A DNA stretch of 59,627 bases, filler included, from Circinaria calcarea (Eukaryota): assembly GCA_051942165.1 (NCBI GenBank). It is 8 parts of 8 records of this genome, joined end to end, with 100 filler letters (N's around TTAATTAATTAA, not from the genome) between each part and the next. Parts side by side here need not be neighbours in the genome. Positions count along the whole stretch, not along the records: positions 1 to 7,380 come from JAVECS010001347.1; positions 7,481 to 14,854 come from JAVECS010001348.1; 6 more parts are not named here. One strand, 5' to 3'. The notes beneath the pieces were generated by a model. It saw only the letters and a program-made list of their open reading frames with translations. It searched no databases and was not told the origin of the DNA. Made by a program: the position numbers and the translations under genes. Below are positions 1 through 12,340 of this stretch, piece by piece (the stretch's first letter is position 1; each line of letters opens with the position of its first letter).

Positions 1-943
1 GAAACCAACTCGTCCTCGACAACGAGGTTGACCTGGAGCTTCTTTATACCAAAGCCGACGGGTACGAGTTTCGAGGCACCCCACGTTAGACCTGGCATCT
101 CAATCTTACGCATATTCGCCTCCAGTTCTTTCATGTCGGTCTCATCATCTACAAAGTATACATATTAGTGAGTTGAACAGAGGGTAGAGTGAACGACATA
201 CCCCAAGGTTTGACATCCAACGTAACAATACTCTTTGCCGCTGGCTTGGTTTTGCCTTCCTTCTTCTTCTTGTATGCTGCCAAATTCTCTTCACGCTTCT
301 TTACGGCCTCTGGATCTTCCTCCTCATCATCACTTCCGAAAAGGTCGTCTTCCTCCTCTTCTTCCGCCTCAGCCTCGGTAGGTGCATCCTTGGGGTTTAT
401 GGTAACCTCGCTTTTCTCTGGCCCGTAAGTGGTATACGGCTTAGAAGGGTCACCGGGAAGAGAGGAAAACTCGGACTGATGGGACGCAATGTGCTTGTAC
501 CACCGATATGCATGGGGGTACTTGGCTGCTGATGGCTGTTCTTTGAGAGCCTTGAATGATGAGACGTCGGCTTGAGAGGGTCCGTAGCTTTAGTTGCAAT
601 CAGCATCTTCAGTTTGTCGAAAGATTGTTCCTACAATAGATAGAATAATATGAATTTGAGAGGGAGTCAGAGATACGCATAAGCGCTGTTGGTAGTAGTC
701 ATTGGACGGGGTCTTAAGCCGCCTCATCAACACGGACGAAATAATCATCATCACACTCATGCTGCAAAGCGAGGGATAAATATCAAGACCAGCGTGGAAG
801 ACGTACCCTACAATGTAGCTTCGAGTGGTTAACCAGCTGTTGAGCACTTTGCACAAGGCTAATCAGTATGGGGTAGATCTCAAGCCGGATTCATATAACT
901 CACTAGTCAACCCCGTATCAGACAAGAAGTCGGCGAAACCCAT
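1..943 (-). CDS. EFB1: Translation elongation factor 1-beta, 5' part (exons 943-904, 846-807, 587-202, 148-1); continues on contig 4
   Basis: Spliced translation [99 protein letters not shown], with GT-AG introns. Confidence 0.96.
664..758 (-). ncRNA. snR18: Intronic box C/D snoRNA, snR18/U18 homologue
   Basis: Lies in EF-1beta intron 2 (588-806). Minus strand reads GAGT-GTGATGA (C box)...GTCCGTGTT-g-ATGA (guide plus D')...CTGA (D box)-CTC. The guide is complementary to the conserved LSU rRNA AACACGGAC. Yeast EFB1 intron hosts snR18. Confidence 0.85.
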
Positions 944-1298
944 GTTGGTGGATGATTTTGCAGTGTCTTTGGGGCTCTATGAATAGGTGACCTGGGCAAT
1001 TGATATCTTTAGACAAGCTGAATCTTCAGAGTTCGAAAAAGTGACGGGAATTTGTGGCTCGGTAACCGGAGAATCTATTCTACCGGCGCAAACTCTAAAA
1101 ATCGTCCTTAGCCGACACCTTTGATATGGCGGATGATTCGGAAGGCTTCTAGATCAATCTCGAATCGATGACTTAAGTGACGGTTACTGGGTCTTGGACT
1201 TTGAAAGGTTCAAGATGGACCCTTCAAGTCTTTCAAGTAGTCTTGACCACCGATAGTGTTACGAGCTCCGTTCCACTGGTTTGAAATTACTCACCATC

Positions 1299-3746
1299 AT
1301 GATTCGTTCGAGCAGCGCTGGACGGACACTCTCTAGGACCTGTACCCGGTCCCTCCTGCGACAGCACGTACCTATTCTCACTCAATCTCTAAAGCCTCTC
1401 GTTGCTTTCACAGCTCATGCTCGCAAGCCATGGCAGCTTACAGTCTCTCGCGGCTACGCCAACGGGCGGCCCCATCCCCCAGGAGGCACCCACCGCATGA
1501 ACATGGGAGGAGAGCCCGAGAAGCCGGCACTAGAACAATATGGTGTGGACTTGACTGCACGGGCGAAGGATGGGAAACTGGATCCGGTCATCGGTAGAGA
1601 TGCAGAAATACATCGGACTATTCAGATCTTATCCAGGAGGACAAAGAACAATCCGGTTCTCATCGGGCAAGCAGGTACGGGAAAGACGGCCATTTTAGAG
1701 GGGCTAGCGCAGCGGATCGTCCGAGGAGATGTGCCAGAGAGTATTAAAAACAAGCGAGTCATCGCGTTGGACTTGGGACAATTGATTGCTGGAGCAAAAT
1801 TCAGGGGTGATTTTGAGGAACGTTTGAAGTCGGTTTTGAAGGAGGTCGAAGACGCACATGGCGGAGTGATACTGTTCGTGGACGAGCTGCATACACTCCT
1901 CGGACTTGGAAAAGCAGAGGGCAGCATAGACGCTAGTAATCTACTCAAGCCGGCCTTATCAAGGGGCGAACTACAGTGCTGTGGGGCTACGACGTTAAAT
2001 GAGTACCGTCAGATTGAAAAAGACGTAGCGCTTGCGCGAAGGTTTCAGCCAATCCTAGTCGGAGAACCATCAGTTCAGGATACCGTATCGATCCTTCGAG
2101 GTATCAAGGATCGTTACGAAGTCCACCATGGAGTCCGAATTACCGATGGTGCTTTAGTAGCGGCCGCGACTTATAGCAACCGATACATCACAGATCGATT
2201 TCTACCTGATAAGGCTATCGATTTGGTGGACGAGGCAGCATCAGCTCTACGGTTACAGCAGGAAAGCAAACCCGATGCCATTCAGGAGCTCGATCGTCAA
2301 ATCATGACAATGCAAATAGAACTAGAGTCGCTACGAAAAGAGACAGATGTTGTCAGTAAGGAGAGGAGAGAGAAACTCGAAACGTCTCTGAAGTCAAAGC
2401 AGGAGGAGGTTGCCAAGCTTACTGAGATCTGGGACAAGGAAAGGGCCGAAATTGAAGAGATCAAGAAGACCAAAGAAGAGCTGGAAAAGGCTCGGATCGA
2501 ACTGGAACAAGCACAGAGAGAAGGCAATTATGGTAAAGCCGGTGAACTACGATATGCAACAATACCAAGGTTACAAGAAAAGCTACCAAAAGAAAGCGCA
2601 GAGGGTAATACCACGGGGAAAAGCGGTCAAACCTTGCTACATGACTCCGTCACAGCTGATGACATTGCTAATGTTGTATCCAAGACAACCGGTATTCCAG
2701 TCACCAAACTCATGGCGGGCGAGGTCGAGAAGCTCATTCACATGGAAGAGACTCTCCGTCAATCAATTAGAGGACAAGATGAAGCATTGACTGCTGTTGC
2801 TAATGCTGTTCGAATGCAACGTGCAGGATTAAACGGCGAAAATAGACCTTTAGCATCCTTTATGTTCCTGGGGCCTACAGGTAAGGCATCCCAACCATTC
2901 CCACCAAGGCCGAAACTCAACACGTAGCAACTTATCTAACCAATCTTATCTACAGGGGTCGGCAAAACCGAACTCTGCAAGAAGATGGCCTCCTTCCTCT
3001 TCTCCACCGAATCCGCCGTCATCCGCTTCGACATGTCCGAATTTCAAGAAAAGCACACCATCTCCCGCCTGATTGGTAGTCCCGCCGGCTACGTCGGCTA
3101 CGAAGACGCAGGCCAACTCACAGAAGCGGTCCGTAGAAAGCCATACGCCGTCCTGCTCTTCGACGAATTCGAAAAAGCCCACCGCGATATCTCTTCCTTG
3201 CTCCTCCAAGTCCTCGACGAGGGTTTCCTAACCGATGCGCAAGGCCACAAGGTTGATTTCAGAAACACGCTCATCGTCCTCACGAGCAACCTCGGCGCCG
3301 ACATCCTCCTCGGCAACGACCCTTCCCTCTCCCCCAACACCGCCGACGACGATGGCGCCATCTCCGCCTCCACCCGCCAAGCCATCCTCGCTATCCTAGC
3401 CACCACCTACCCGCCCGAATTCCTCAACCGGCTCGACGAATTCATCATCTTCCGCCGCCTCTCGCGCGCCGCCCTCCGTGACATTGTCGATATCCGTCTC
3501 CGCGAACTTCAGGCCCGCCTCGATGATCGCCGCATCGTGTTGCAGGTGGACGAGGCCGTCAAGGACTGGCTGTGCGAGAAGGGGTACGATCCGCGGTATG
3601 GCGCCCGGCCATTGAACCGGCTGATTGCAAAGGAGGTGGGGAACGGGCTGGCGGATAAGATTATCCGGGGGGAGTTGAGGGGTGGGCAGACTGCGAAGGT
3701 GGAGATTGCGCATGATGGGAGTGGGTTGAGGGTTGTCCCTATTTGA
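1299..3746 (+). CDS. HSP78: Mitochondrial ClpB/Hsp100 disaggregase Hsp78 (intron 2881-2955)
   Basis: Arg/Ser-rich presequence; LDPVIGRD; Walker A GQAGTGKT; spliced second Walker [24 protein letters not shown]. Confidence 0.95.
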
Positions 3747-4939
3747 AGTAAAGAGTAATAGTAGGTAAAGGAGAAGGGCAGGGATCTGTAATATTATCTG
3801 TACAACGATCGATGACGAAAACCGAACACCGGAGTGATACGAGCGGAAAATAAGCTTGGGATGGGAGATTTGCAAAAGGTTTCATCTTGCCAGCGTGGAT
3901 ATCCCTCTCTTTCTCTCCATTCCCCTCTACTGTATACGTACAATCTCTCCCTTCCAAAATTCCAATCAAGTAGAACTCGTTAGATAACATGTATAATGTA
4001 CATAGGAAAAACCAACCACAACCCCCGGGGGGGTTTTAGATTCAAACTCCCACGGTCGTTTCTTTTTCTCACTCTCCCATATTCTAACTTATCCCTATCC
4101 CCATCCTTGCCTGACTCGTATCCCCGACCAAAAGTCCTTTTAATCTTCTAACCTCGCCCCCCCCCCAAATTTTGCCCAAATGCTAAATCCCCACGACTCC
4201 CTCTTCCCGGGCCCCGGGTTCGCACAACCTGTGTTTGTACCCCTCCAACACCCACTGGCATTGTGGGTAGGCTGGGATAGGATAGGTATGGTAGCATCAG
4301 GTAGGGTAGGGCAGGGGGCAATCAAGCGTAGGGCAGTCTAGCCGTAGCATAGGGGGCCAGGACCAAGACAGACGCGGGCCACACTTGTTTCCCGACCGTT
4401 TAGAAATACGAAGGGGAACGACAAGTCGTGAGAAATAGCCCATTGTCCCTCTCCCTTTGAACCCCACAGAAACAAGCCATTCTGAGGGGGGACAATTGGG
4501 AAATGGCGTTGGTTGGAGTGATGAAACTTTGATCAAGTTCCAATTCGCTGATTTAAATGTCCTTTTTCTTGGGCTCTAAGGTGAAGGAAAATGGGAAAAG
4601 CGGGCATATGATTGAAAGAGGTTTTGGGTACGGAGGAATTTGCCCCTCTGGAGGAAGGGGGAGGAGAAGAGACGGCTATCTAGAGCCGCCGTACCCTTTT
4701 GGTCTTTTCTGGAAATCTGGTTTCTAAAACCAAGTACAGCGATATTCGAATTTAGGGGCTTGGTGGCAGGGAAGAAGGGAACTTGGGTTTTTGGGTGGTT
4801 GATGGTTTCGGCCTTTTGCCTATTTCGTTCTGCGGAGCTGAAAATATTTCATTTCTAGTAGTTAAGCAACAGTATCATGTTTTCCCCTTTGAGTCGATGA
4901 GATGCTTACGCCTATAGCGAATTACCGCTCCCTGTCCCC

Positions 4940-5734
4940 TCATTTTCCCCCACCCATCTTCTCCCACAAGCCTACCGTATCTCCACAAGCATGCTCCACC
5001 CCATCACCATCCACTAGTGTCTTCGCACCTAGCATGAGTTCACTCGTGGGCTCGAGGGTTGAGTCTGCGGCGCAGGTGATGCCCTTAACATGACCGCATT
5101 AGTACGAGAGATATGAAGGTGAACAAGGAAAAAAGGGCGAACTCACCTGACGCAGGTAGTCGAGACAGTGCAAAAGATGTACTTCTCTGAAATCTGGTGC
5201 ATCCTCTGGGGTCTCCGGGTTCGTATCAATGGACATCGACATCGGCATAGCAGACCCCAAAATCTCAGCCGCGAATGTAGCATTAGCCGCAGCTTTCAAT
5301 TCTCTGATCCAGCCCCGGAGCATGACTAGACAGTGCAGCTGATGGAACATTGATATGCCCATCTTCTGTTCCCCACCTTTCCCTTTCTCCGTTTGCAGAA
5401 TGAATCCTCCATTCTCTGGGACCAGAGCTTCCCATGCTGCGTCCGAGCCAGGAGACAGAGATTTGTAGATAGGGTGTTCGTTGAAGGCTGTGGCGTGGAG
5501 GGGCGGGCAGAAGAGGCCGGTGGGAGTGAGGCGATTAAAGGAGAAGGAAAGGATGGTGGAAGGGAGAGCAAGGTAGAGGAGGGCGGTGAGAGAAATGAGA
5601 AAGAGAGTTACTAGCAGGGCAAGGAGGAAGGGGAGGCGAAGGCGTTCAAGGAAACTGCGGGTTTGTGTAGGTTGGAGGCCGAGATCGGCGTCGAGGGATG
5701 AGATGCTGATGGTGGTATGCTTTGTGTCCATCAT
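4940..5734 (-). CDS. DUF3328 / UstYa-family oxidase (exons 5734-5147, 5083-4940; about 243 aa)
   Basis: N-terminal TM helix; MFHQLHCL and HLLHCLDYLRQ|GITCAADSTLEP; DGDGVEHACGD. Two HxxHC motifs. Confidence 0.9.
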
Positions 5735-7380
5735 GGTGGTGGTAAGGTGGTCGAGAGGAGGTGGTTGTATCGTGTATAAGGGATGCGAAAGAAAAAGGAA
5801 AAAGGGATGTCGAGGGAGAATGGGATAATTTCAAAGCAAATAGTTCCCGTGCCCCTTGTGGTACCGACGTCAATACCAAGGGAAGGTCGTGACGAGTGAT
5901 CATCCTTTTGGGAACTTTTTGGAACTTGGACCACTTTCTTGTCACGAGGAGCAAGGATAGGCGATATTGCCATAGACAAACTTAGAGACAGGAGATTTTG
6001 CCCGTAGCTGTCATGTATCTCGAGTAAAAGCCTGGCGGTTGTAGTTCATAGCAAGCATCCGCTTAAAGTAGCTATTTCGGAAAATTTGACCGAATTATCT
6101 TTCACCCTTGTGACTTTGGGCAGCTATTGAATCACAAGTTCGGTCTAGCACTCATCATTTTACCATGCTTCCAATTGCCTTGCAACTTTGAAATCTCCTA
6201 ATCCCTTCTTCTCATAAAACCATGGCCAAAGGCTGTGATCGTCTTTGGGAGAGCGACAGTACTCTACTCCCGAGTACTCGATCCGGCTTTAGGTCCGAAT
6301 CCATCTAGCGACAATATGGATACCCAGGTTACATTTCACATATCCATCCTCATGCTGTACAGTCTGGTAGCTTTCGCCGTCCTCAGCTTCGCCCAGTCCA
6401 ACGACAGTCTTTGTAAAAGCGTCGACTTCATACACTGTGAGCATTCCCATATATCCCGTATCATGAGTCAGCCATTGAATTTCCTTCAAAGCACCGGCCC
6501 GAGATGCAGTGTCTCTCGAAGCAACAGACTTCAACAATTCGCTGTAGGACGTCAACCCGTTCCACGGCGACCCACGTCCTAAGCAGCAAGAGTCCCATCG
6601 AAAGCTTCCACTTCGTCGGGCAAGATAGCATCAGCCAATTTGGCTCACGTTGTCGGATCTAGCTTGAAATAACAGGACTTTCAGCCCTTGTCAATATGCT
6701 CTATTAGCCATTTATGACTATAACGCATACCGACAGACCACATCCTCACTTGACCTTGACAATTTCCAGTTTCGTCCTGCTGCGAAGACACCTTCTCGCC
6801 TACAGGCGATGTTGGCGGAATTTTCCATATCTCACCCCAGAACGCATCCTGATGATTCAAAACTGGATGTAGCCAGGAACAGGAGCAAGTAGGCTACGTA
6901 GCTCGTACAGCCCGATCCACTAGAGTTCGCCGACATCGCCACAGTAATGTTGAATTCATTGGCGTCAATGGTTTGTTCCAAAACCGAAGGATTACGTTCA
7001 TCGGCGCTGTATTTGCTGCAGTGAAACGTAGTCGTACTTAGTATGTTGAAGCAATCAGAGGTTAATGATAAAGTCATTCCAAATTCGAACCATATCGGCA
7101 GCAATGTTCCGAATTGGGAGACATGATATGATCGTTTCCGCCAGTGTAACTATTACCGATTCCACTCATGTTATGAGAGGTTTGTCATCGGGGGACATGA
7201 ACCGAGTGAACGTTAGTAAGGTAAGCATATCACTCCATTCCTTCCATCAATCCTACTCGGTCTAGCACCATACCCCTCAGGCCAATCCACTCTCTCAGAG
7301 CTTCCCAATCCTGACCCTCCTCTTCTCCCCTCCTCCACGACTCTTTAAAGCCCCACGCACCAGCTACTCGATCAAGCATG

Positions 7381-7480
7381 NNNNNNNNNNNNNNNNNNNN
7401 NNNNNNNNNNNNNNNNNNNNNNNNTTAATTAATTAANNNNNNNNNNNNNNNNNNNNNNNNNNNNNNNNNNNNNNNNNNNN
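7381..7480. other. Artificial contig linker
   Basis: N44-TTAATTAATTAA-N44, giving stops in all six frames. Confidence 0.99.
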
Positions 7481-9561
7481 TGGAAGGCATATCGAGTGAT
7501 AAAGTCCCTACGCAAGTAATCCTTTGCTTTCCTTGTTTGTTCGTTTACTTACGCGGCATGGCTGTTGCTAGAGAGATCCAGTATGAAGGACAGGACTACA
7601 AATGGGGGTTTCAAATTGACGGCTCTGCATTGAGGCACCAGTGCTTCAAGCTTGGTCTCGATCCCAATCAACAGCACGGAATGTCGTTGGCAAGGAAGTT
7701 TCCGGATCGAATGGCAGCTCCTCCTGGTTATGATATCCCCACCGATAAGCTGGTCACAGACTACTTGACGGCACTTCGTAAGCATGCTGAACGGATGCTC
7801 CGGTACAAGTTGCCTCACAGTGCTTTGACATCAACCATGTTGGAATTCGTCATCACGGTTCCAGCCGCATGGAGCGATGCAGCCCAGGCAAAAATTAGAG
7901 CTTGTGCAGAGAATGCTGGAATGGGTCTTGGCATGGCGCTCCACGTCATATCTGAGCCTGAAGCCGCTGCGATTTATGCATTAGATGCGATGTATCCCCA
8001 CAGTATTGACATCGACGATACGTTTGTACTATGCGATGCAGGCGGAGGAACTGTTGACATGATCTCGTACACTGTCGTGGCGCTGAAGCCCTTGCTAAAA
8101 GTTGTGGAAGCCGCTCCAGGAACTGGTTCGCTCTGTGGTTCAACATTCCTGAACCGGATATTTCAAAAGTTCCTACAGGACAAATTTGGCGACGATGATG
8201 CATGGGATGATGATGTTCTTGAAGAGGTGATTTAATCAAGATTCTTTATTGGATTTCCACTGACGACCATCCTGGCAAACAAACGTTTCGAGTTGGTAGT
8301 AAGTGATTAGGTTTTTTGCACCTATCAGTCGGCGCATACTAATAACATCATTTTCGAAGGTGAAACGATCATTCCGCGGCATTGTTGGAGAAGAGTTCCA
8401 GATACCAGGTAAGTATAATACAGTCCCTTTCGCTCTGGTGGTATATTGCTAAGTTGGAAGCCAATAGTCCCAGGGCTTCAAAATAACCCTGTGAAAGGAA
8501 TAAGTCGCGGCCGGCTTCGTATGACAGGGACCGAAGTGGAAGCTATCTTCGAGCCAGTCATCAAGGTTCGCTTGATTCTATGTTATAAGACACTTACAAG
8601 CCACTTAAATGTTTTCATTAGGAGACAATTAGCCTGGTTCTAGGACAGATAAAGGCAACAAAGAAACCGGTCAAAGCCGTTTTGCTTGTTGGCGGTTTTG
8701 GTCAGAGTGCATACCTTCGAGATCGCCTACGTGAGTCTGTTGGCGGCGTAGAGGTAATACAATCTCCAAATGGGTACGTCCGAACCTTGTTGGTAAAAGT
8801 TGAGCTCCACGGCTTACAGTGCACAGCTGGACTGCGGTGCTTAGAGGCGCTTTGATGAAGGGTCTTGCAACCACTGATCCTACCTTCGCAACTATCAGAA
8901 TTGGTGGGAGATCAGCCCGCAAGCATTATGGTATAGAAAGCCATGAGCAGTATGATGCTACAATACACGATGAAGGCCGAAGGTAGGTTACAATTTGAAC
9001 TACCGTCAAGAAAGCTAAATGGAACCTAAATTAACCCTTCATCATCTAGGTACTGGCATGGCTACTATGGATCACACTGCATCGGTACAATGGGTTGGTT
9101 CATCACAAAGGTAAGGATTATATTGCAATTCTTGTATGCACGATTAATTTTTTGTAAAGGGTCAGATCGTTGAGGAGGACAAACCCATCCGCATCAGCTA
9201 TTGTCAGCTATCTCTAGTCTCTACGGGTCGTCCTTCTGATATCGAAATCAGTATCGATGTCTGCAGCGATCCCGAGAACAGTGGCGCTCCGATGTATCGT
9301 GGTGGTACGTACACGAGGAGAATGTGTTCTAAGATTCCGACTGACCGTAGACTTCAAGATAGTGTAACAAGGCTTGTCAATGTCACAGCCGACTTGAATC
9401 GCGTCCCTGAGAGGAACTTCCCTAAAGTCCGCGGCAAAGACGGAAAGCTTTACTACAATGTGAATTTCGAGGTGGAAATCGCATACTTGTCAGTTTACAC
9501 CAAGTACGTGCTGATTCATGGGGGTGTCAACTACGGAGCTGTGGCAGCGGAGTATGTGTAG
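7481..9561 (+). CDS. Hsp70-like (HSPA12-type, actin-like ATPase) protein; multi-exon, 5'-truncated
   Basis: DKVPT, WGF, FKLGLDP, ITVPAAWSD, ISEPEAAA, LCDAGGGTVD, CGSTFLN, LLVGGFGQSAYL, WTAVLRGA across about 9 introns; stop after AAEYV. Confidence 0.88.
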
Positions 9562-10725
9562 GAAGGGAGTCGTCGTACTCGCCATCTGTCTTCTCTAGCT
9601 AGATTCTTTTGCATGACAGAGTCTGGTGGAATGAAAGCCTGTGATGGCCTGGTTTGTCGTAGGGAGTCATTCCTGTCGAGAAGAACGAAAATCGTTTCTC
9701 AAGAATAGATAGCTACTCACAAGAGCCAAGCTTAAATTTCATCGATATGACAGGATAGCTTCACAGATTTCCCCGGACGATGCAGCGTGACTGAGATGCT
9801 CTCCCAAGGGTACCTTTACGACCATGAAATGTTCTGATGCCATCAATCACCGTAAACAACCTCGTCGGAATCCTGAAACGGGCGATGCGCATCTCTGCAT
9901 CCTTTCGATTAACAGCAGCCAGCCCACAATTTCATTGCGAAAGCAGGAGGAAACGCTGCACCAACCTCAAAATTGAGACCGGCGTAGACGAGGTCTAAGG
10001 TTTGATCCATTCTACAGCTTTGCGTTCGACGTACAGTAAAGCCTGATATGCTTCTGTCAACCAGCTGCGAGAAAATCTATACCCCCCCCCTCGACCTCCT
10101 GTCAAAGGTATCTTTACTTGACTCCCATCTACCAAATTCCTCCCCCCCCCCCAAAATAAAGTCCACCCTTCTCTTCTCTTTCCAACGTTCTCCTCAAACC
10201 TTTTATTAGTCGAGAGATGAAGTATACTCCGTAGGGGCTACAGGCAATAATAAGGTATAAGGTTATACATACAAAACAAAAGGAGAGATCCCTTCTTCTT
10301 CTTCTTCTTTCCAATGGGTATGTATTCCAGTTTCGGTTCGGTTACCACACGGCTCTTGCCCCGGCCGGGGGTGGTGAGCTGGAGCAGTGGAACGGAACAC
10401 CACACACACCATACAATCCCCCTCAGACTGTATGGTGCCATATGGTACTCGGTCAGAAAAAAGCATTTTCCCTCCCGTCTCTCTCGTCTAGGGAGAGATT
10501 CCGATTAACGGAGAGAGGACTGAAGTTGGAAAGGGTGGGGTGTTTAGCCCCGATCGGTAGTTCTGTTCCGGATGCCCAAAAAAGCAAACGAAAAAACGTG
10601 CAAACACAAGTCGTGTGATATGGTAGTAAGCGCAGGCGGGGGCGGGGGAAGGTGCAGCCGCGACAAACTGTGGCGGAAGAAGCGTGGAGTTGTTCAAAAT
10701 CAATTTCTTCGATACGTACCGCTTA

Positions 10726-10940
10726 CTGTGGTCGCAGACATAACAGATGTTAGCGCGGGCTTCGACCAACTCCGGTATGCTCAGCAAAGGCTGTATGAAT
10801 TCTTTCGAAAAAGAGGTATAATATGGAGGGCATCCTCCGGTGTATATTCCGTCTTTCTGTATGAAATCAAAATGTCGTTTGGGCCTTCTATGATAATTGC
10901 AAGACAACCACGCTAACATCTGGTATGCCTGCGACCACAG
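10726..10940. mobile_element. 215-bp MITE, Tc1/mariner-like (TA flanks)
   Basis: TA-CTGTGGTCGCAGACATAACAGATGTTAGCG ... CGCTAACATCTGGTATGCCTGCGACCACAG-TA: 30-bp inverted repeats with 2 mismatches. Confidence 0.75.
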
Positions 10941-12340
10941 TACATCTCTCCGGTTCGTATCAATCTCAGCCCCTTTTTCACCAAAAGCATTACCGATACA
11001 TCTATCTGGTGGCTTGAAAGTAGCCTTGTCCCTTCAAATTGCCGTGTTTTCGTCATCCATTCGGGTTAGCCCCCGAATTTTAGTGTCCATAGGTCTCCAC
11101 TAGTTCCCCATTTTCGTGCAGGAAAGAGTCGATCATTCGCAATGGCGATCTTCGGTCCGGGGAAAGGCGACTTCACTCCCTCCACGGATCAGTATCAAAT
11201 TCCCATGTGAGACCACTGGCCTGATGAAAGCATTTACGTTTGGCGGGCGGCTTCTTGTTCTCATACCATAAATAATCCAACCTGTCTGTATATAGGCAGT
11301 CACCCGAAATTGAGGCATAGGTACCGCGGCTACTGAACTCGTCCTTTCAGCCCCTTGGCTTGTTGATACACCACGCCATCTGAAAAGTTAGGCTCACAAG
11401 GTCTGTATGGGGAGCGGGTGTCCGTTCTAGATACTGATGGGGATTTCAAGTATGGCGCACCTCCACCATTTGCGAGGTGGGCGGGGATTAGTGTGTCTAG
11501 ATGCCGGGGATTGATGATCTTTAGCCTTTAACTCCACACGGAGATAGTACTGGCTTATTTGGCTTCCGCATGGGGTGTGCAACAATATCGAAAGCTCCTC
11601 ACACCGGTCTCAAATTATCAATCTGGGTAGTGGCCACAGACCATGGCTTGGCTCCCGAATGAGTGTGCATCGATCATGTTTCCCACATCCGTACTTGGGC
11701 CACCCCTCCACTTCCAAAGATACGGGCTTATTCATTGCTAGTCACGATGCTCCGAATCCTTGATCTGATAAGTACTGCTAGATGCCGAAGCGGATGGGCC
11801 AGATCTGCCTCTGGTTCATCAAAGATTCATAGTTGAGTCAAAGTGAATTCCTCAGACCCAATGTGGGCCCCACCGGAACGGTTGAATGACTAGTCTCATC
11901 CTGTAGCTTACCCTGCAGAGACTGGTGACTTTCTCATTCACCTCTTGAATTATCAAATCATCGCCACTGAATCATTTGCTACGGAAGAGCTTCGAGCTTT
12001 GCTGACACCATACAATAATACTGTGATCCGTTTGCTGCCATCGACCATCCTGGCTTTCACCCCGCAGTTGTTATCACCCTCTTCCATGACACACCGGCAG
12101 ATTCCGGTCTCGGCCTGCTTGTGATGTACAAGGAGCGGCAGCGGCAGCAGAGGTACACGCATTCTCAACAGGTGCTGGTCCCTCCAGGGGGCCTGATTTT
12201 GGCTCAAACTCCAACCATAGCACCGTCACTTTGCTTGACTTCGAGAAGAGCGAGAAAAAAGCCGAGTAAGGTCATCCACATACCGCGGCCACGATATCGT
12301 CCTGGACAGCCAGTGAATCAATCAGCACACGTCTCTCAAC

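Noticed and set aside
944..1298. Heat-shock elements in the EFB1/HSP78 divergent promoter
   Set aside because: Only a two-unit GAAtcTTC and mis-spaced GAA/TTC pairs are present; no convincing three-unit HSE.
6235..6660. Signal-peptide-like ORF divergent from the contig 1 DUF3328, as a possible precursor
   Set aside because: It has no repeats or Kex2-flanked cores, and I cannot build a coherent spliced model; possibly a decayed secreted gene.
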